Shown here: piece after piece, positions 22,567 to 32,648 of the stretch
How the letters are laid out: every line of letters starts with the position of its first letter
Position numbering within the stretch: position 1 is the first letter of the stretch
Virus record (IMG/VR): IMGVR_UViG_3300023184_000083
Coordinates: 1-64,000 of that record
DNA from: a virus
DNA length: 64,000 nucleotides
Reading direction: 5' to 3' (one strand)
The notes under the pieces: generated by a model
Told to the model about the DNA's origin: nothing
Database searches by the model: none
The model's input: only the letters and a program-made list of their open reading frames with translations
Program-made: the position numbers and the translations under genes

Positions 22567-22816
22567 CTGGGGACCTCCCGATTGGGATGAAGACTTCGGC
22601 GATGTGGATGATTTAGATTTTACTGCTGTACGCACGGGTTTGTATTTCTTTTTAATTGGAACGTTCTTCCAGGCGGCCGGCGCTTTTGCAATTTTTAAAA
22701 TTTTGCATAATGCAGATGTTATATCTGGTGCTCCGGGATGGCGGGCTTGCTACGTAGCGGTCTTGTCACTGAATATTTTGCGACTTTTTGACCGTGTCTT
22801 CTGGCGTCGTCGCTGA
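22559..22816 (+). CDS. Small membrane protein
   Basis: Two hydrophobic segments. Confidence 0.55.
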   Translation: MPDWGPPDWDEDFGDVDDLDFTAVRTGLYFFLIGTFFQAAGAFAIFKILHNADVISGAPGWRACYVAVLSLNILRLFDRVFWRRR

Positions 22817-22818
22817 GA

Positions 22819-23025
22819 TTAATTAACTCTATTGCGGACAGGCCACTGGTCTACCGGTTCACACGCTGTGCCGGCGAAGTTAATCATTGCTTCTTCAACA
22901 CCGCACGCTGAGCAAATCTCAGTTTTATTATCGGAACGCGATATCGCTCCAGGGTATTCCGCTGGCTGTTCATTATTTGGAATCCACGAGTCAGCGCAAC
23001 GTGGACAAATGTGAGGGACGTTCAT
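22819..23025 (-). CDS. Small zinc-finger protein
   Basis: CPRC...AISRSDNKTEICSACG. Confidence 0.7.
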   Translation of the reverse strand: MNVPHICPRCADSWIPNNEQPAEYPGAISRSDNKTEICSACGVEEAMINFAGTACEPVDQWPVRNRVN

Positions 23026-23183
23026 AAGTCTTCTCCTTTAGTAAGTGGTTTAAGTTTATCGCCGGCAATTAGTTTTGCCAACCTCTTCCGCCACCGTCGC
23101 ACGTTGTAAACACTTACCACGTAGCGCAGCGGCGCTGTTGTTTTTTTCATTTTTTTTGATGACCCCTGGAGGTCTGGGGGAGA

Positions 23184-23238
23184 AAAGCCAGTGCCCCTTG
23201 GCCGTGAGCCGAAAGAACTCACAACCAAAGGGCTGGCT
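23184..23238 (-). terminator. Long hairpin terminator after the vWA gene
   Basis: AGCCAG/CTGGCT outer stem with inner CCTTGG and GTGAG stems. T-run follows on the minus strand. Confidence 0.55.
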
Positions 23239-23283
23239 ACACACATGCTGGGGGGCAGTTCACGTGTGCGAACGTTTTTCACT

Positions 23284-24777
23284 TTAGCGCACCTCATCGT
23301 CGGCTAGTGAAACACCTTGCTTATCTTGCCAAGTGCGCTTAAACATATGTCCCCACTGGCGACGAGCAGACTGTCCACGCTGGAGAGCCTTCAACTGAAC
23401 TAGTGCTTCTTCAACATGAGGAAGAACGATGATGCGGTTTTTCTTGCAGTAGTTGATGCATTGCATCGCCAGCATTTCAGAGAACCCTTGGTTAGGTCCG
23501 CAGACGCCACCATCGGTCACCCACACCACTGGAGCGTTAGAGCGTTGCCGATGCTTCACTGCCCATTCAAGTGCAGGGAAGTCAACGGAGTTGCCACCAC
23601 CCACTGCTGGGAGTTCGTCAACCATTTTGCCTTTATCAGCGACTATCCACATGTTCGTACCACCAGCCGAGTAATCCATGTCGGCGTAAATTGCGACAGT
23701 TGCACCGGGGGAGGCTTCAACGATTTGACGAATTTGGTCATGAGTAAATGACATTGAACCTGAACCGTCAATAACAACAACGCCACCGAGACCACGAGAC
23801 ACCTTGTCAAAGATGCGCTTGTCAGGGTCGGTGAGCATGCGATGTAAACGACGAGGAGAGCGACCAACATTAGAAGCAACACGCTTCTTACCGATGTTCC
23901 CACGAGTCTGTTTTGGCATTGGCAACTTTTCAATTACTAGTTCAGCCCAATAAGGGACGTTGCTATGCATTGAATCGGGGGTGATGTTCTTAAAGCGTTC
24001 AGACTCTTCTGCCTCTGTCTTTGGTGACACGCCTTTGTTGGAGTGTTCACGCTTAGAAGATTTATCTTCACCCTTTGTTGCGAGTGATGATTCTTCCGAT
24101 GAAGATTCTTGTTCTTCTTGTTCGTCAGGTGCAGGCATTCCTGCAAGACGGTCTACCCATTCAGCAATTTTTTCTGTATAGACAAAGCCTGATGGAGCAA
24201 GTTTAATTTGAGTGTGAACGCTAGTTGAAGCGAGACGACCAGTACGGTATGCCTTTTCCATTTCCTTTACTGCTCGCTTAGAGATATCAGCAAGTACTTT
24301 GCCCCACAAACGATTATGACGACGAACGCCATTAAGGTATGCCTTGTTAGACGCAGTGCCAGCAGTGGTGATTGCCATATGAACAGCAGTCTGCCAGTTG
24401 TTTTGTGCAGTGATGCGTTCTCCGTCAGCAGTTTCTCCACCGTCCGTAAGATGTTCCATTACTGGAAAGCCAGCCTTACCACACAGAAAGTTGACACGAA
24501 GTTCTTCTACAACAGTGAGCGCTTGGATGGAAGCGATTCCACGCTTCTGCCATTGCTCCCACTCTCCAGCAGGAGAAACTTTTGCATGCATCATTTCGTG
24601 CGCACGAACACAGCGTTCCATTTCGTTGTTCGCAGTCGGTACACGCATTGCACGACCGACGATTGAAGTCGCTGGAATACCACGGCGTGGCTCACACGAT
24701 TCAACGAGCCACTGTCCGTGTTCCGTGTCCTTGCGAGAAAGCCATTCAGGCTCCGCAATGATTTGGATATCAGTCAT
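23284..24777 (-). CDS. vWA-domain protein with N-terminal HExxH (CobT-like partner of the AAA+ ATPase)
   Basis: HEMMH, MIDAS DGSGS, VTDG. Confidence 0.8.
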   Translation of the reverse strand: MTDIQIIAEPEWLSRKDTEHGQWLVESCEPRRGIPATSIVGRAMRVPTANNEMERCVRAHEMMHAKVSPAGEWEQWQKRGIASIQALTVVEELRVNFLCGKAGFPVMEHLTDGGETADGERITAQNNWQTAVHMAITTAGTASNKAYLNGVRRHNRLWGKVLADISKRAVKEMEKAYRTGRLASTSVHTQIKLAPSGFVYTEKIAEWVDRLAGMPAPDEQEEQESSSEESSLATKGEDKSSKREHSNKGVSPKTEAEESERFKNITPDSMHSNVPYWAELVIEKLPMPKQTRGNIGKKRVASNVGRSPRRLHRMLTDPDKRIFDKVSRGLGGVVVIDGSGSMSFTHDQIRQIVEASPGATVAIYADMDYSAGGTNMWIVADKGKMVDELPAVGGGNSVDFPALEWAVKHRQRSNAPVVWVTDGGVCGPNQGFSEMLAMQCINYCKKNRIIVLPHVEEALVQLKALQRGQSARRQWGHMFKRTWQDKQGVSLADDEVR

Positions 24778-25502
24778 TACGACACTCCGTTGATTGCGAT
24801 TGCGTCAAGGATTGATTCTGCACGGTCACGAAAGACGATTTGAGCAGCACGTTCTTTACCGAGCGTCTTGCGCATTTGGTCAAACGCCATGAAGGCACGA
24901 AGCGACAAGCGACGAGCGCCAGCGTCAGCCATTTTCACAGCGTAGTCACGAAGGTCAGGAGACAAACGAGCGAGAGCGTTCGGGTGAGGCTGATTAATGC
25001 GAACACGAATTGGGAAACGGTCAGTCAGCGCAGTTGGCAACTCTTCCATGTTTTCCACATTAGTCGTCATAACAACAGAGAAGCCTTGGCGAGGACGATG
25101 CATACGACCAGTCTCAGGGTTTTCCCATGATGCTGATTCAGGAGAGTCCATCATTGCTAAGAGCGTTGACGACACATCGCCCGACGCCTTGTCAATTTCG
25201 TCAGCGACGAGACGACCACCAATGATGCCGTTGCCTTCCCAAGCCTTTAAAGCGGCTCCAGCGACCCAAGAGAATTTACCTTCTCCGTCAGGCATGAAAG
25301 CGCCAGTGACGTCCATGTTGGTCATATCTTCTGTGCAGACCATGCGAAACGCACCGCCTTGTGTATCTCCAGTAGTGAGACCAGCGAATGTCTTGCCAGT
25401 TCCTGGAGGACCGAACAGGATGACACGGTCAATGCCAGCGTCCATGCAGTCTTGTACTTCTTGCCAACAGTCGGGCAATGGGGTTGATGTTGAGTTTTCC
25501 AC
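24777..25502 (-). CDS. MoxR/CbbQ-type AAA+ ATPase
   Basis: GPPGTGKT, DEIDKA, TTN, ALTDRF. Confidence 0.9.
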   Translation of the reverse strand: MENSTSTPLPDCWQEVQDCMDAGIDRVILFGPPGTGKTFAGLTTGDTQGGAFRMVCTEDMTNMDVTGAFMPDGEGKFSWVAGAALKAWEGNGIIGGRLVADEIDKASGDVSSTLLAMMDSPESASWENPETGRMHRPRQGFSVVMTTNVENMEELPTALTDRFPIRVRINQPHPNALARLSPDLRDYAVKMADAGARRLSLRAFMAFDQMRKTLGKERAAQIVFRDRAESILDAIAINGVS

Positions 25503-25583
25503 GGTAGTAATCCCTTTCGGATGTGGTTGTTTATTACATGTACCAAGTTATCCGTTATTAAGAACAACGACAACCTTGGTTAG

Positions 25584-26081
25584 TTATTTTTTTTCTGCTT
25601 TTCTATCAGCCTTCTCGTCACGAATTTCCCACAAGCCTTTTTTAACTTTGCGGAATGTCTGTGACTCGGAAACAAACTTAAGTGTCGTCTGATAAGAGAA
25701 GCCAGCAATTTCTGTCAGTTGTTCTGTAGTGAACTGTTCAAACAAGTGGTCTTTAGTCCACTCCAAGAAGGCGTCGTACTTATCTGCACGTTTCGGAATC
25801 GGGGTTATGACTACGCCATCTTCAAGGGTCTCGTCACAAAACTGAGGTACCAGTTCTTCAATGATGTCTGTAGGTATCCCATACGACCCAAGGAAGCGAG
25901 AAGCCTTGCCACGACCGTCCCATACCTGTAAACAATAGAGGGCACGAACACGACTAGATATGGAGAACGTGACAGTGCGGGGCACGGAGAACACGTCTCC
26001 GTACTCTTGTTTTGCTTCGTCCCACAAAGACTTATGTGTCTCTAGTATCTCTGTATCTGTAATCATTTTCTTTAATGCCAT
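25584..26081 (-). CDS. Hypothetical protein with a possible C-terminal HTH
   Basis: Directly preceded by motif A. Confidence 0.75.
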   Translation of the reverse strand: MALKKMITDTEILETHKSLWDEAKQEYGDVFSVPRTVTFSISSRVRALYCLQVWDGRGKASRFLGSYGIPTDIIEELVPQFCDETLEDGVVITPIPKRADKYDAFLEWTKDHLFEQFTTEQLTEIAGFSYQTTLKFVSESQTFRKVKKGLWEIRDEKADRKAEKK

Positions 26082-26261
26082 ACCTTTAACCTATCCGTTA
26101 TTAACCATAATGACAACCCGCAGTATTAAATATTCGCATATTTTTTTACACTCTGGCAGCAAGTGAGGCATCATTCAACCCTTTATTAGGGCCGGCTGCA
26201 ACCTGAGCCCCGAGATAATGTTAGAATTTTAAGACAATCTTTCACCAGAACGGGACTCGTC

Positions 26262-26516
26262 ATGAAAAAGAAAAGCCAACTTCACGCACCAGTAGAAGCA
26301 ATCTCATATCTCTTGGAGCCTTCTCCGATTGTTGAAGGAGTTCAAATGGGAGCCCCGGCGGCACCGGCGGCAGAAGAGCCAAAGAAGAAGCCAAAGAAGG
26401 TTGAAGAACCAGTAGCCGAAGCAGTGGTAGAGCCAGTGGTTGAAGCAGCAGCAGAAGTTGTTGCAGAGCCAGTCGCAGAAGTAGTAGAAGCAGCAGCAGA
26501 ACCCGCTGCTGAATAA
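26262..26516 (+). CDS. Glu/Pro/Ala/Val-rich low-complexity protein
   Basis: EPVAE repeats. Followed by a terminator. Confidence 0.55.
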   Translation: MKKKSQLHAPVEAISYLLEPSPIVEGVQMGAPAAPAAEEPKKKPKKVEEPVAEAVVEPVVEAAAEVVAEPVAEVVEAAAEPAAE

Positions 26517-26524
26517 ATAAACGT

Positions 26525-26596
26525 AAAAAGGCAGGGTCTTCCGCCACCGTCGCCGCTTTCAATGAGCAGCAGACGGGGCCAAGGGCCCTGCTTTTT
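26525..26596. terminator. Bidirectional terminator hairpin with a motif B copy inside
   Basis: AAAAAGGCAGGGTCTT...AAGGGCCCTGCTTTTT between convergent genes. Confidence 0.65.
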
Positions 26597-26599
26597 GTT

Positions 26600-26860
26600 T
26601 TAGTAAGTTACGTCGCGCTCGTCAGCGCATTTTAAACAACATGCGTATTTGACCGGTACATCTTGAGAGTCAATTGCATATTCCCAGATGGGCTCATCGT
26701 CTACAAACTCGTCTACGCACCAAGCGCAGTATCCGGAGTCCCGCCCCCAGACGATTTGAATCGGGGACGCCTCAGCACAGGAGGGACACTGTTCATCTTC
26801 GTTAACCCATCCAGTCTTCTTGCAAGTGAAGCAATCTTCCAGTGCGTTCATCTCAGGCAT
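26600..26860 (-). CDS. Cys-rich hypothetical protein
   Basis: Four CxxC-type pairs. Confidence 0.6.
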   Translation of the reverse strand: MPEMNALEDCFTCKKTGWVNEDEQCPSCAEASPIQIVWGRDSGYCAWCVDEFVDDEPIWEYAIDSQDVPVKYACCLKCADERDVTY

Positions 26861-27131
26861 CGGCTTCCTCTGTGAATTCAACGACGATTTCGTCATGCAT
26901 CCCAGCGAGAGCGTTACCGTCAATGAACATGTCTTGGTCATTAGTGATTTCAAAGAAACCTTTGGTCCAGTAGCCGTTGTCGTTTAGGAAGTCGTACTTG
27001 TCGTTCCAAGTTAGGTCTACCCAGTTTTCAGGGAGCACCGATGTGTCGGGGACCGAGAAGTAATCCCATTTCAGGGGCATCTCGCCAATCATCTTGGGAT
27101 AGCGAAGTTCTGTGCAGGTGCGGTAGTTCAT
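26853..27131 (-). CDS. Hypothetical protein
   Basis: Motif A abuts the ATG. Confidence 0.75.
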   Translation of the reverse strand: MNYRTCTELRYPKMIGEMPLKWDYFSVPDTSVLPENWVDLTWNDKYDFLNDNGYWTKGFFEITNDQDMFIDGNALAGMHDEIVVEFTEEADA

Positions 27132-27140
27132 ACATTCAAC

Positions 27141-27383
27141 CTAACCGTTATTAGGGTCAATGACAACCTCTGAGTGGTCAATGATTGCATCAGCGAGCCA
27201 GTTGCAGATGTCACGGTCAGAGCCTTCCCATTCTTCAAACTCTTTTACGACGCGAGCCCAGCCTTCGTTGGTGAGTTCAAGTTCGTCGTTCCAGAATACT
27301 TCTGGTTTTTCCCAGAACAGAACCATCAGTTCGTCGTCTGGGTTCATACCCTCAACGAGGTGGCGTAGTTGTGAGACTTTCAT
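27141..27383 (-). CDS. Hypothetical protein
   Basis: C-terminus EVVIDPNNG is encoded by a motif A copy. Confidence 0.65.
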   Translation of the reverse strand: MKVSQLRHLVEGMNPDDELMVLFWEKPEVFWNDELELTNEGWARVVKEFEEWEGSDRDICNWLADAIIDHSEVVIDPNNG

Positions 27384-27577
27384 TCAGCCTGCTCCCACGC
27401 CATGTAGTCGCCGTCCATGTCACGACAGATGCCAGTGACCCAGAAAGGTTTAGGGTGTGGAGCCTCAGGGTCTTCCCCGATTGCTTCACGAACCTTAATG
27501 AGTGCTTTAGTCATGGCTTCACCATCTGTGAGGGCGTCTACATCAACGCCAACTTGTACTTGTACACGGTAAGTCAT
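27380..27577 (-). CDS. Hypothetical protein
   Basis: Overlapping stop/start with neighbours. Confidence 0.6.
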   Translation of the reverse strand: MTYRVQVQVGVDVDALTDGEAMTKALIKVREAIGEDPEAPHPKPFWVTGICRDMDGDYMAWEQAE

Positions 27578-27834
27578 TACTGCTCCATAAATTCTAGTGA
27601 TTCAACCAAGTCAATAAACCATTCCTTGTTTACGGAATAGACGTCACGAGACTCCTCAATAGCCTTTAGAAGACCTTTCGCTTCATCATCAGTGAAGTAG
27701 TAGAAAGTTTCTAGGTCTGATGGAGTGTCAAACTCCTCAGGTTGAAACGAGATGAAAACATCGTTGTAGCCGTCAGGTGAGTCTGTCCAAGTAACGGCAC
27801 ACTCAACCCCTTTATATTTATCTGAAATACTCAT
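27577..27834 (-). CDS. Hypothetical protein
   Basis: Motif A abuts the ATG. Confidence 0.75.
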   Translation of the reverse strand: MSISDKYKGVECAVTWTDSPDGYNDVFISFQPEEFDTPSDLETFYYFTDDEAKGLLKAIEESRDVYSVNKEWFIDLVESLEFMEQ

Positions 27835-27843
27835 ACCTTCAAG

Positions 27844-28305
27844 TTATCCCTTATTACCCTTAATGACAACCTCAGTGAAGTAATAAAAAAGATTGCTTGT
27901 GAAGATGGTGCGATATCCGTTCCATGCGTCGTCAGTCCCGATGCATAGTTCTCCGATTGTCTTCAACTCTTCGTCGGTGGCTTCGGTAGTAACCCACTTG
28001 AGCCAACCCATCAGACGTTCTTCTGTCGTGTCGTACTCAAGTTCTAGAAGAACCTCAGCCTCGTCGCGCAGAGCCCCGGGAGAATATGACACAGATGTAA
28101 AGCGTGTTACTTCTCCGTACAGAGTGTCTTCCATGATTTTGAGAACGCTCTTGCCTGTGCGAACTGCCATCTGAGATATTTCAGAGTCGCTCGCAACATC
28201 TAAAAAATGTGCGTCGTTTTCATCTAGTTCAGATAAATCTACGACATAGCAGTAATCCAGCGGGACTACCGTCCCAGACTGGGAGTCAATAATAACTTTC
28301 GTCAT
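27844..28305 (-). CDS. Hypothetical protein
   Basis: ATGA overlap with the upstream gene. C-terminus EVVIKGNKG is encoded by motif A. Confidence 0.65.
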   Translation of the reverse strand: MTKVIIDSQSGTVVPLDYCYVVDLSELDENDAHFLDVASDSEISQMAVRTGKSVLKIMEDTLYGEVTRFTSVSYSPGALRDEAEVLLELEYDTTEERLMGWLKWVTTEATDEELKTIGELCIGTDDAWNGYRTIFTSNLFYYFTEVVIKGNKG

Positions 28306-28919
28306 TTCGCCATCTCCTCTGCCCAAAACTTTAGAAGCAGTGCTTCCACCTTGTCTTGCTCTTGTTCGTTCCAGTTTTCGTGCTCTGCTTCTTGCTCATC
28401 GTAGTCAAATGGGTTTTCACACGGTTCGTACATCGCCTCAAAGACGATGGAGCCGTTACGAAAGACATGGTATCCAGCAAAGAAGCCAGCCTCTTCATCG
28501 TAAGAGAACTGAAAGGACAGTTCAGGAAACAACTCTGAGATTTTTAGCCATGCCTTATCGGCTGGTCCCCATGCAGTAGTGAAGTTTATGAGCGCAGTGC
28601 CATCGGCACGGTCAAGAAGTTCAGTGTCGCAGTCGCCCCACTTGGTGCCCCAAGTGTCGTACTCCCACTCGTACCAGTCCGAGTAACCGAACTTAGCGAT
28701 GTTCTCTTCCTTTTGTTTTAGCCATGTCTCGTGCTCAGGGTTATCTGAAGACATTGACCCTGAAAGGATTTTGAGTTCCTCAGGGCAAGGCAAAAGAGAC
28801 GGGATGATGTTTAGTTTTTCATTACCGTTTTCGTCTTTTACAGTAGAGGCAGTTAGGAACCTTTGTAGTTCCTGCTCGTCTCCAGTGATTGACGCTGATG
28901 TATGAACCCAGTTGGGCAT
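28302..28919 (-). CDS. DUF1281/YubB ferredoxin-like domain protein
   Basis: MPNW...WY.W...WGTKW...F.TAW.P...FP.L.F. Confidence 0.8.
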   Translation of the reverse strand: MPNWVHTSASITGDEQELQRFLTASTVKDENGNEKLNIIPSLLPCPEELKILSGSMSSDNPEHETWLKQKEENIAKFGYSDWYEWEYDTWGTKWGDCDTELLDRADGTALINFTTAWGPADKAWLKISELFPELSFQFSYDEEAGFFAGYHVFRNGSIVFEAMYEPCENPFDYDEQEAEHENWNEQEQDKVEALLLKFWAEEMAK

Positions 28920-28994
28920 GATTACCTTCTTTCGGTGATAGTAAATCCGATAAGTAAAACTCTATCCGTTATTAGGGATAGTGACAACCTTACT

Positions 28995-29315
28995 CTAAAG
29001 TTTTTGTTCACTCCAGTGAGTAGCAAATGTCTTTGCGTAGGTGTCGGCGATGTGTGCTGCCGGCAGTCCCGCGACTGGGTCGCTGTGAAGAGTTACATTC
29101 TTGAACTCTGTCCATCGCTCGCCACTACCTGAAACAGGAACGACAAGGAAGTCCAAGTGTCCATAACGACGGCGTGTATCTACAATGCGCACATCAACGA
29201 CGAGTCCCGTTTCTTCTACGGACGCCGTGAGACCTTTGTAAATCTCATAGTCAATTTTCCCGTCACTTGTAAGTGCGTAACGGCTTTTATCTGGTTTGGG
29301 TGTATCTACCAACAT
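28995..29315 (-). CDS. Hypothetical protein
   Basis: V.IVD....YG..D.LV.PV.GSGE.W. Degenerate motif A upstream. Confidence 0.7.
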   Translation of the reverse strand: MLVDTPKPDKSRYALTSDGKIDYEIYKGLTASVEETGLVVDVRIVDTRRRYGHLDFLVVPVSGSGERWTEFKNVTLHSDPVAGLPAAHIADTYAKTFATHWSEQKL

Positions 29316-29411
29316 GGTGAATAACTTTCTTTGTAGGGGGTTTGTTTTCAGCGTAGCGGTTATTATCCATAATCACAACGCCAAACTTGGTCACACTCAG
29401 AGCGACGGGGC

Positions 29412-29669
29412 CTACTCGGCTGGGAAACACCCTGCTATGAAATAGTGTCCGTTTTCGTCCTTGCTAATGCGCCACTCTAAATGTGAGTAGCGATAGCGAA
29501 GGCGGTGGACAACTGAACTAGCACTCACGTAAGTCTTGTATTCTCCGTCTTTGAAACGGTGGGATACCGCCCACGTCCCTTTCGGTTGTTCTGAAAGTTC
29601 GTTTACTAGGTTGCGGATACGATATCCGGGACTAGCGACTGCTGGGGTGGGGACGATTTCTAATGCCAT
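29412..29669 (-). CDS. Hypothetical protein
   Basis: 85-aa ORF in the leftward operon. Confidence 0.6.
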   Translation of the reverse strand: MALEIVPTPAVASPGYRIRNLVNELSEQPKGTWAVSHRFKDGEYKTYVSASSVVHRLRYRYSHLEWRISKDENGHYFIAGCFPAE

Positions 29670-29673
29670 GTTG

Positions 29674-30141
29674 TTACCAAGAACTTTGATATGTAAAGTC
29701 GTAGTCGGTTGGGACGTTCACTAGTGCCTCATTTATCATGAGCACCGTATCTTCTAGGTCACCGAAGTAGAACTCGTCATACTGTGTGCTTCCAAAAAAG
29801 AAACCACTAGCGGTTGGTAGTAACTCATCAGCGAGCCCGTGGTCGGCGAGAACCTTCTGACAGATGTCACGAAGTGCAATTAGATGGTCACGAGACACAT
29901 AAGCCTCACGACAATCGTCTACGCCGTCTTGGCAGTTATCTACAAACCATTGGTGAACTTGGTTTGACTTGCGCCATTGTCCGACCTTGATTTGTATTTG
30001 TGCGCTAGGCATCTCTTTGGTCATGAACTTCTGTGCGCCAGTTGCTTCCACAACTTTTTCAAACAGTTCTGTTCGCTCTTTTCCGAGCCAATCGCCAGAA
30101 CTTGTGTAGCACTTGGCATAGAGGTATTGGTCTAATCCCAT
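29674..30141 (-). CDS. Conserved hypothetical phage protein
   Basis: MGLD.YL...WRK.N..H.WF...LLPT.SGFFFG...Y.SSW. SD AGGAG. Confidence 0.8.
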   Translation of the reverse strand: MGLDQYLYAKCYTSSGDWLGKERTELFEKVVEATGAQKFMTKEMPSAQIQIKVGQWRKSNQVHQWFVDNCQDGVDDCREAYVSRDHLIALRDICQKVLADHGLADELLPTASGFFFGSTQYDEFYFGDLEDTVLMINEALVNVPTDYDFTYQSSW

Positions 30142-30413
30142 AGTGGGTGTACTCCTTTGTTAGTAGTGATAGAAACTCTATCCGTTATTAGCAATAGACA
30201 CAACCTTTGTTTTGTATTTCCTTTCCGCCACCGTCACTGCTTGAGAAACACCATACACCTCTTGCGTTTTGTGATTTCACAAATGGGTGTGTCATGGTTA
30301 TTTGAACCTTGCAAATAGGGGTAAAAGGGTCTAAAAATAATCTTTGGGGGCGAGTTGTCATTGTTCCTAATAACGGATAACTTGAAGGTATCGCAAGTGT
30401 TAGGAGAAACACA

Positions 30414-30803
30414 ATGTCCACAATCCAAGAAAAGGTAGCCATTCAGTACCTCGCCGCAAAGCAGGCAGTTGAAATGGCAGATAAAGCAATGGCAACAGCC
30501 AAGCAGTTGCTTGAAGAGACCTACGCCGAAATGGGCGTGACTGATGTCGTCATTGACGGGGTTAAGGTCGCAATCGTTGAGGCAACTCGTCGCAACTTTG
30601 ATACAGAGGCTCTAAAGGGTCTCATTGTCGCTACAGCGTTTGAGGCAGTCACTAAGACCTCGGTTGAGCCGAAGGCATTTGATAAGGCTATTAAGGCTGG
30701 CACAATCGCCCCCGAAGTAGAAGCACAAGTCGTTACAGGCACATCGTACACTCGCATTACAACCCTAGAGGTTGAAGCGGTTGCTGTCGCTGTCGCCTCT
30801 TAG
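30414..30803 (+). CDS. Hypothetical protein
   Basis: Motif A plus SD AGGAG. Confidence 0.75.
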   Translation: MSTIQEKVAIQYLAAKQAVEMADKAMATAKQLLEETYAEMGVTDVVIDGVKVAIVEATRRNFDTEALKGLIVATAFEAVTKTSVEPKAFDKAIKAGTIAPEVEAQVVTGTSYTRITTLEVEAVAVAVAS

Positions 30804-30815
30804 GGAAGGAACCCA

Positions 30816-31226
30816 ATGGAACAACACGAAATCGCAGAACTCGCTAAGAGGGTAGAGGGCGCACTTGCTCACGACATGATGTTAGAGGACTCGTACGCTT
30901 TCGGACTTTCCGACGGTGCCGAAGTCCCGGTGATGATGGCAGAGTGTGCAGATGTCTACGACTTACTAGACGACCCGATGACCCCGATGACTCTTGACCT
31001 GTTCGGTCATGTGGCTATCGTTTCGCACGGTTGGGCGCAAGACATGACTGACCACAAAGCACCGCCAGTTCGTGTACGCCTACTTGTTGCTGTGTCTCGC
31101 AACGGGGCTCGCTCGTCGGTTGTTCGCTTCATGGACGATACTGACCATGTTCTCTATGACGAACAAGGTGAAGGTAACGGTACTCTCGCTGACGCAATCC
31201 TCGCTCTCTGTGAAAACGGGGAGTAG
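30816..31226 (+). CDS. Hypothetical protein, paralogue of 35369..35788
   Basis: GWA...V.L...F.D...G.G.LA.AI shared. Confidence 0.75.
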   Translation: MEQHEIAELAKRVEGALAHDMMLEDSYAFGLSDGAEVPVMMAECADVYDLLDDPMTPMTLDLFGHVAIVSHGWAQDMTDHKAPPVRVRLLVAVSRNGARSSVVRFMDDTDHVLYDEQGEGNGTLADAILALCENGE

Positions 31227-31264
31227 AGGTTGTCATTGTCGCTAATAAAGGATAACTTGAAGGT

Positions 31265-31612
31265 ATGACATCACAAGTAGAAGCAGTAGCAGATAGCAAC
31301 GCAAAGACGGAGCCTGAGTATCAGGTTATTTGCGAGGGTCTGCCAATGGAATACGGCGAGGACGAGTTTGTCCGAGTTCGTAGATACCACAAAATCCGTG
31401 AACGAGTGAAGGGCGACACCTACGCCACTTGGGAAGTCTTGTGTGAACGAGACCACTACAGCAAAGACGAACTCGTTCTCCACCCCTTCATCGTGTGGAC
31501 ACTTGTAGCCCGCCCCGATGGTTGGTCGTTCGCTGGTGGAGAGTATTACAAAACTTACGAAGAGGCTCTAAAAAACTACAAGAAAAGGACTCTAGGTGCA
31601 ACTGATATCTGA
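31265..31612 (+). CDS. Hypothetical protein
   Basis: Motif A abuts the ATG. Confidence 0.75.
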   Translation: MTSQVEAVADSNAKTEPEYQVICEGLPMEYGEDEFVRVRRYHKIRERVKGDTYATWEVLCERDHYSKDELVLHPFIVWTLVARPDGWSFAGGEYYKTYEEALKNYKKRTLGATDI

Positions 31613-31827
31613 ACTCATAGCAAAAGAAGTTGAGAAACTGGCTGCTGCCGGGGCTGGCGTGACCTGCACCTACTGTGCCAAGCCGTTCCATGATGACGAA
31701 GGCGACTGGAACCAAGTGTTCCTAACAACTGGCACGCTCACCGAGTGGGTGTGTTACGAGTGTTACGAGGAGTGAAATCTTTTTTACCGAGGTTGTCATT
31801 GCTACTAATAAAGGATACATTGAAGGT

Positions 31828-32196
31828 ATGAACAAAGCACTTATTATTCCAGCAAAAGGTACGCCATACACGACTATGGTTGCTCACCCCGAAGGCGACT
31901 TCATCAACAAGACCGTAGGTGGTTGGTTTGACTGTGTTCGCTCTGAGACATTTCATGGCTATGTAAACGATGAAGGACTACTTATCGGTCTTGAACTCAA
32001 CCCCGTTGCCTCTATCATGTTCGGACAGATACTCGCAGGCGACTGCATCGTGTTCGGCTCGTGTAACGCACAGGGCGAGTATGACGGTTACGAACACACC
32101 ATTGACCCCTCTGTTGTTGTAATGGCTAATCACTTTAACTTCCTATGGGAGACACAGCCTGAAAACTTCCGTGTCGGCATGAAGGAGACAATCTAA
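31828..32196 (+). CDS. DUF3846-like protein
   Basis: VGGW...YVNDEGL..GL..N..AS...L.GD. Confidence 0.75.
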   Translation: MNKALIIPAKGTPYTTMVAHPEGDFINKTVGGWFDCVRSETFHGYVNDEGLLIGLELNPVASIMFGQILAGDCIVFGSCNAQGEYDGYEHTIDPSVVVMANHFNFLWETQPENFRVGMKETI

Positions 32197-32302
32197 TGTT
32201 GGCTTTATTAGCGTTCGTGCTGGGCTTCTACATCGCTAAACACGACTGGTCTGACCTGTGGCAAGACGAAATTGACTGCACTCATGCGTGGCGTGACGAC
32301 CA

Positions 32303-32533
32303 TTGTTTCGTCTGTGGAATGGACAAGTAATGCCTCTAGACCTGAAAGCAAGTGCTTGTGACTGGTTTGTGTGCCTGTGTGGCAACAGCCCTGCAAGCGA
32401 TGGGTTTGAAACCTGCAGCCCCGATGGCAAGGTTGTTGAGCCAATCGTAAAAGCGTGGGACGGTATTCACTACCTATGCTTGCGCTGTGATGCTGTCTAC
32501 AACCAAGACACGATGGACGAAGTAACTCTCTGA
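32303..32533 (+). CDS. Small Cys-rich protein
   Basis: C.CGN.P..DGF..C...G...YLC.RC. Confidence 0.6.
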   Translation: MFRLWNGQVMPLDLKASACDWFVCLCGNSPASDGFETCSPDGKVVEPIVKAWDGIHYLCLRCDAVYNQDTMDEVTL

Positions 32534-32633
32534 GTCTTCCGCCACCGTCGCCACTTCAGAAACACTTTTGACCCCCGCCCCCCGGGGCTAGTAAACACGT
32601 TCAGAAAAACGTTCTCTGTACCCAGTCCGAATG

Positions 32634-32647
32634 TTAGGCATACCTAA
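32634..32647. promoter_or_regulatory. TTAGG-N4-CCTAA palindrome (DtxR/IdeR/SirR-like dimer site)
   Basis: TTAGGCATACCTAA, 1 nt before the parS. Confidence 0.45.
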
Positions 32648-32648
32648 T

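Noticed and set aside
23022-23297. ORFs spanning 23022-23297
   Set aside because: They run across a terminator, T-tracts and motif B, so they are probably spurious.
30267-30284. TTTGTGA-TT-TCACAAA as a CRP/GlxR or Rex site
   Set aside because: The half-sites look right but the spacing does not match TGTGA-N6-TCACA or TTGTGAA-N4-TTCACAA. Left as an unassigned palindrome.
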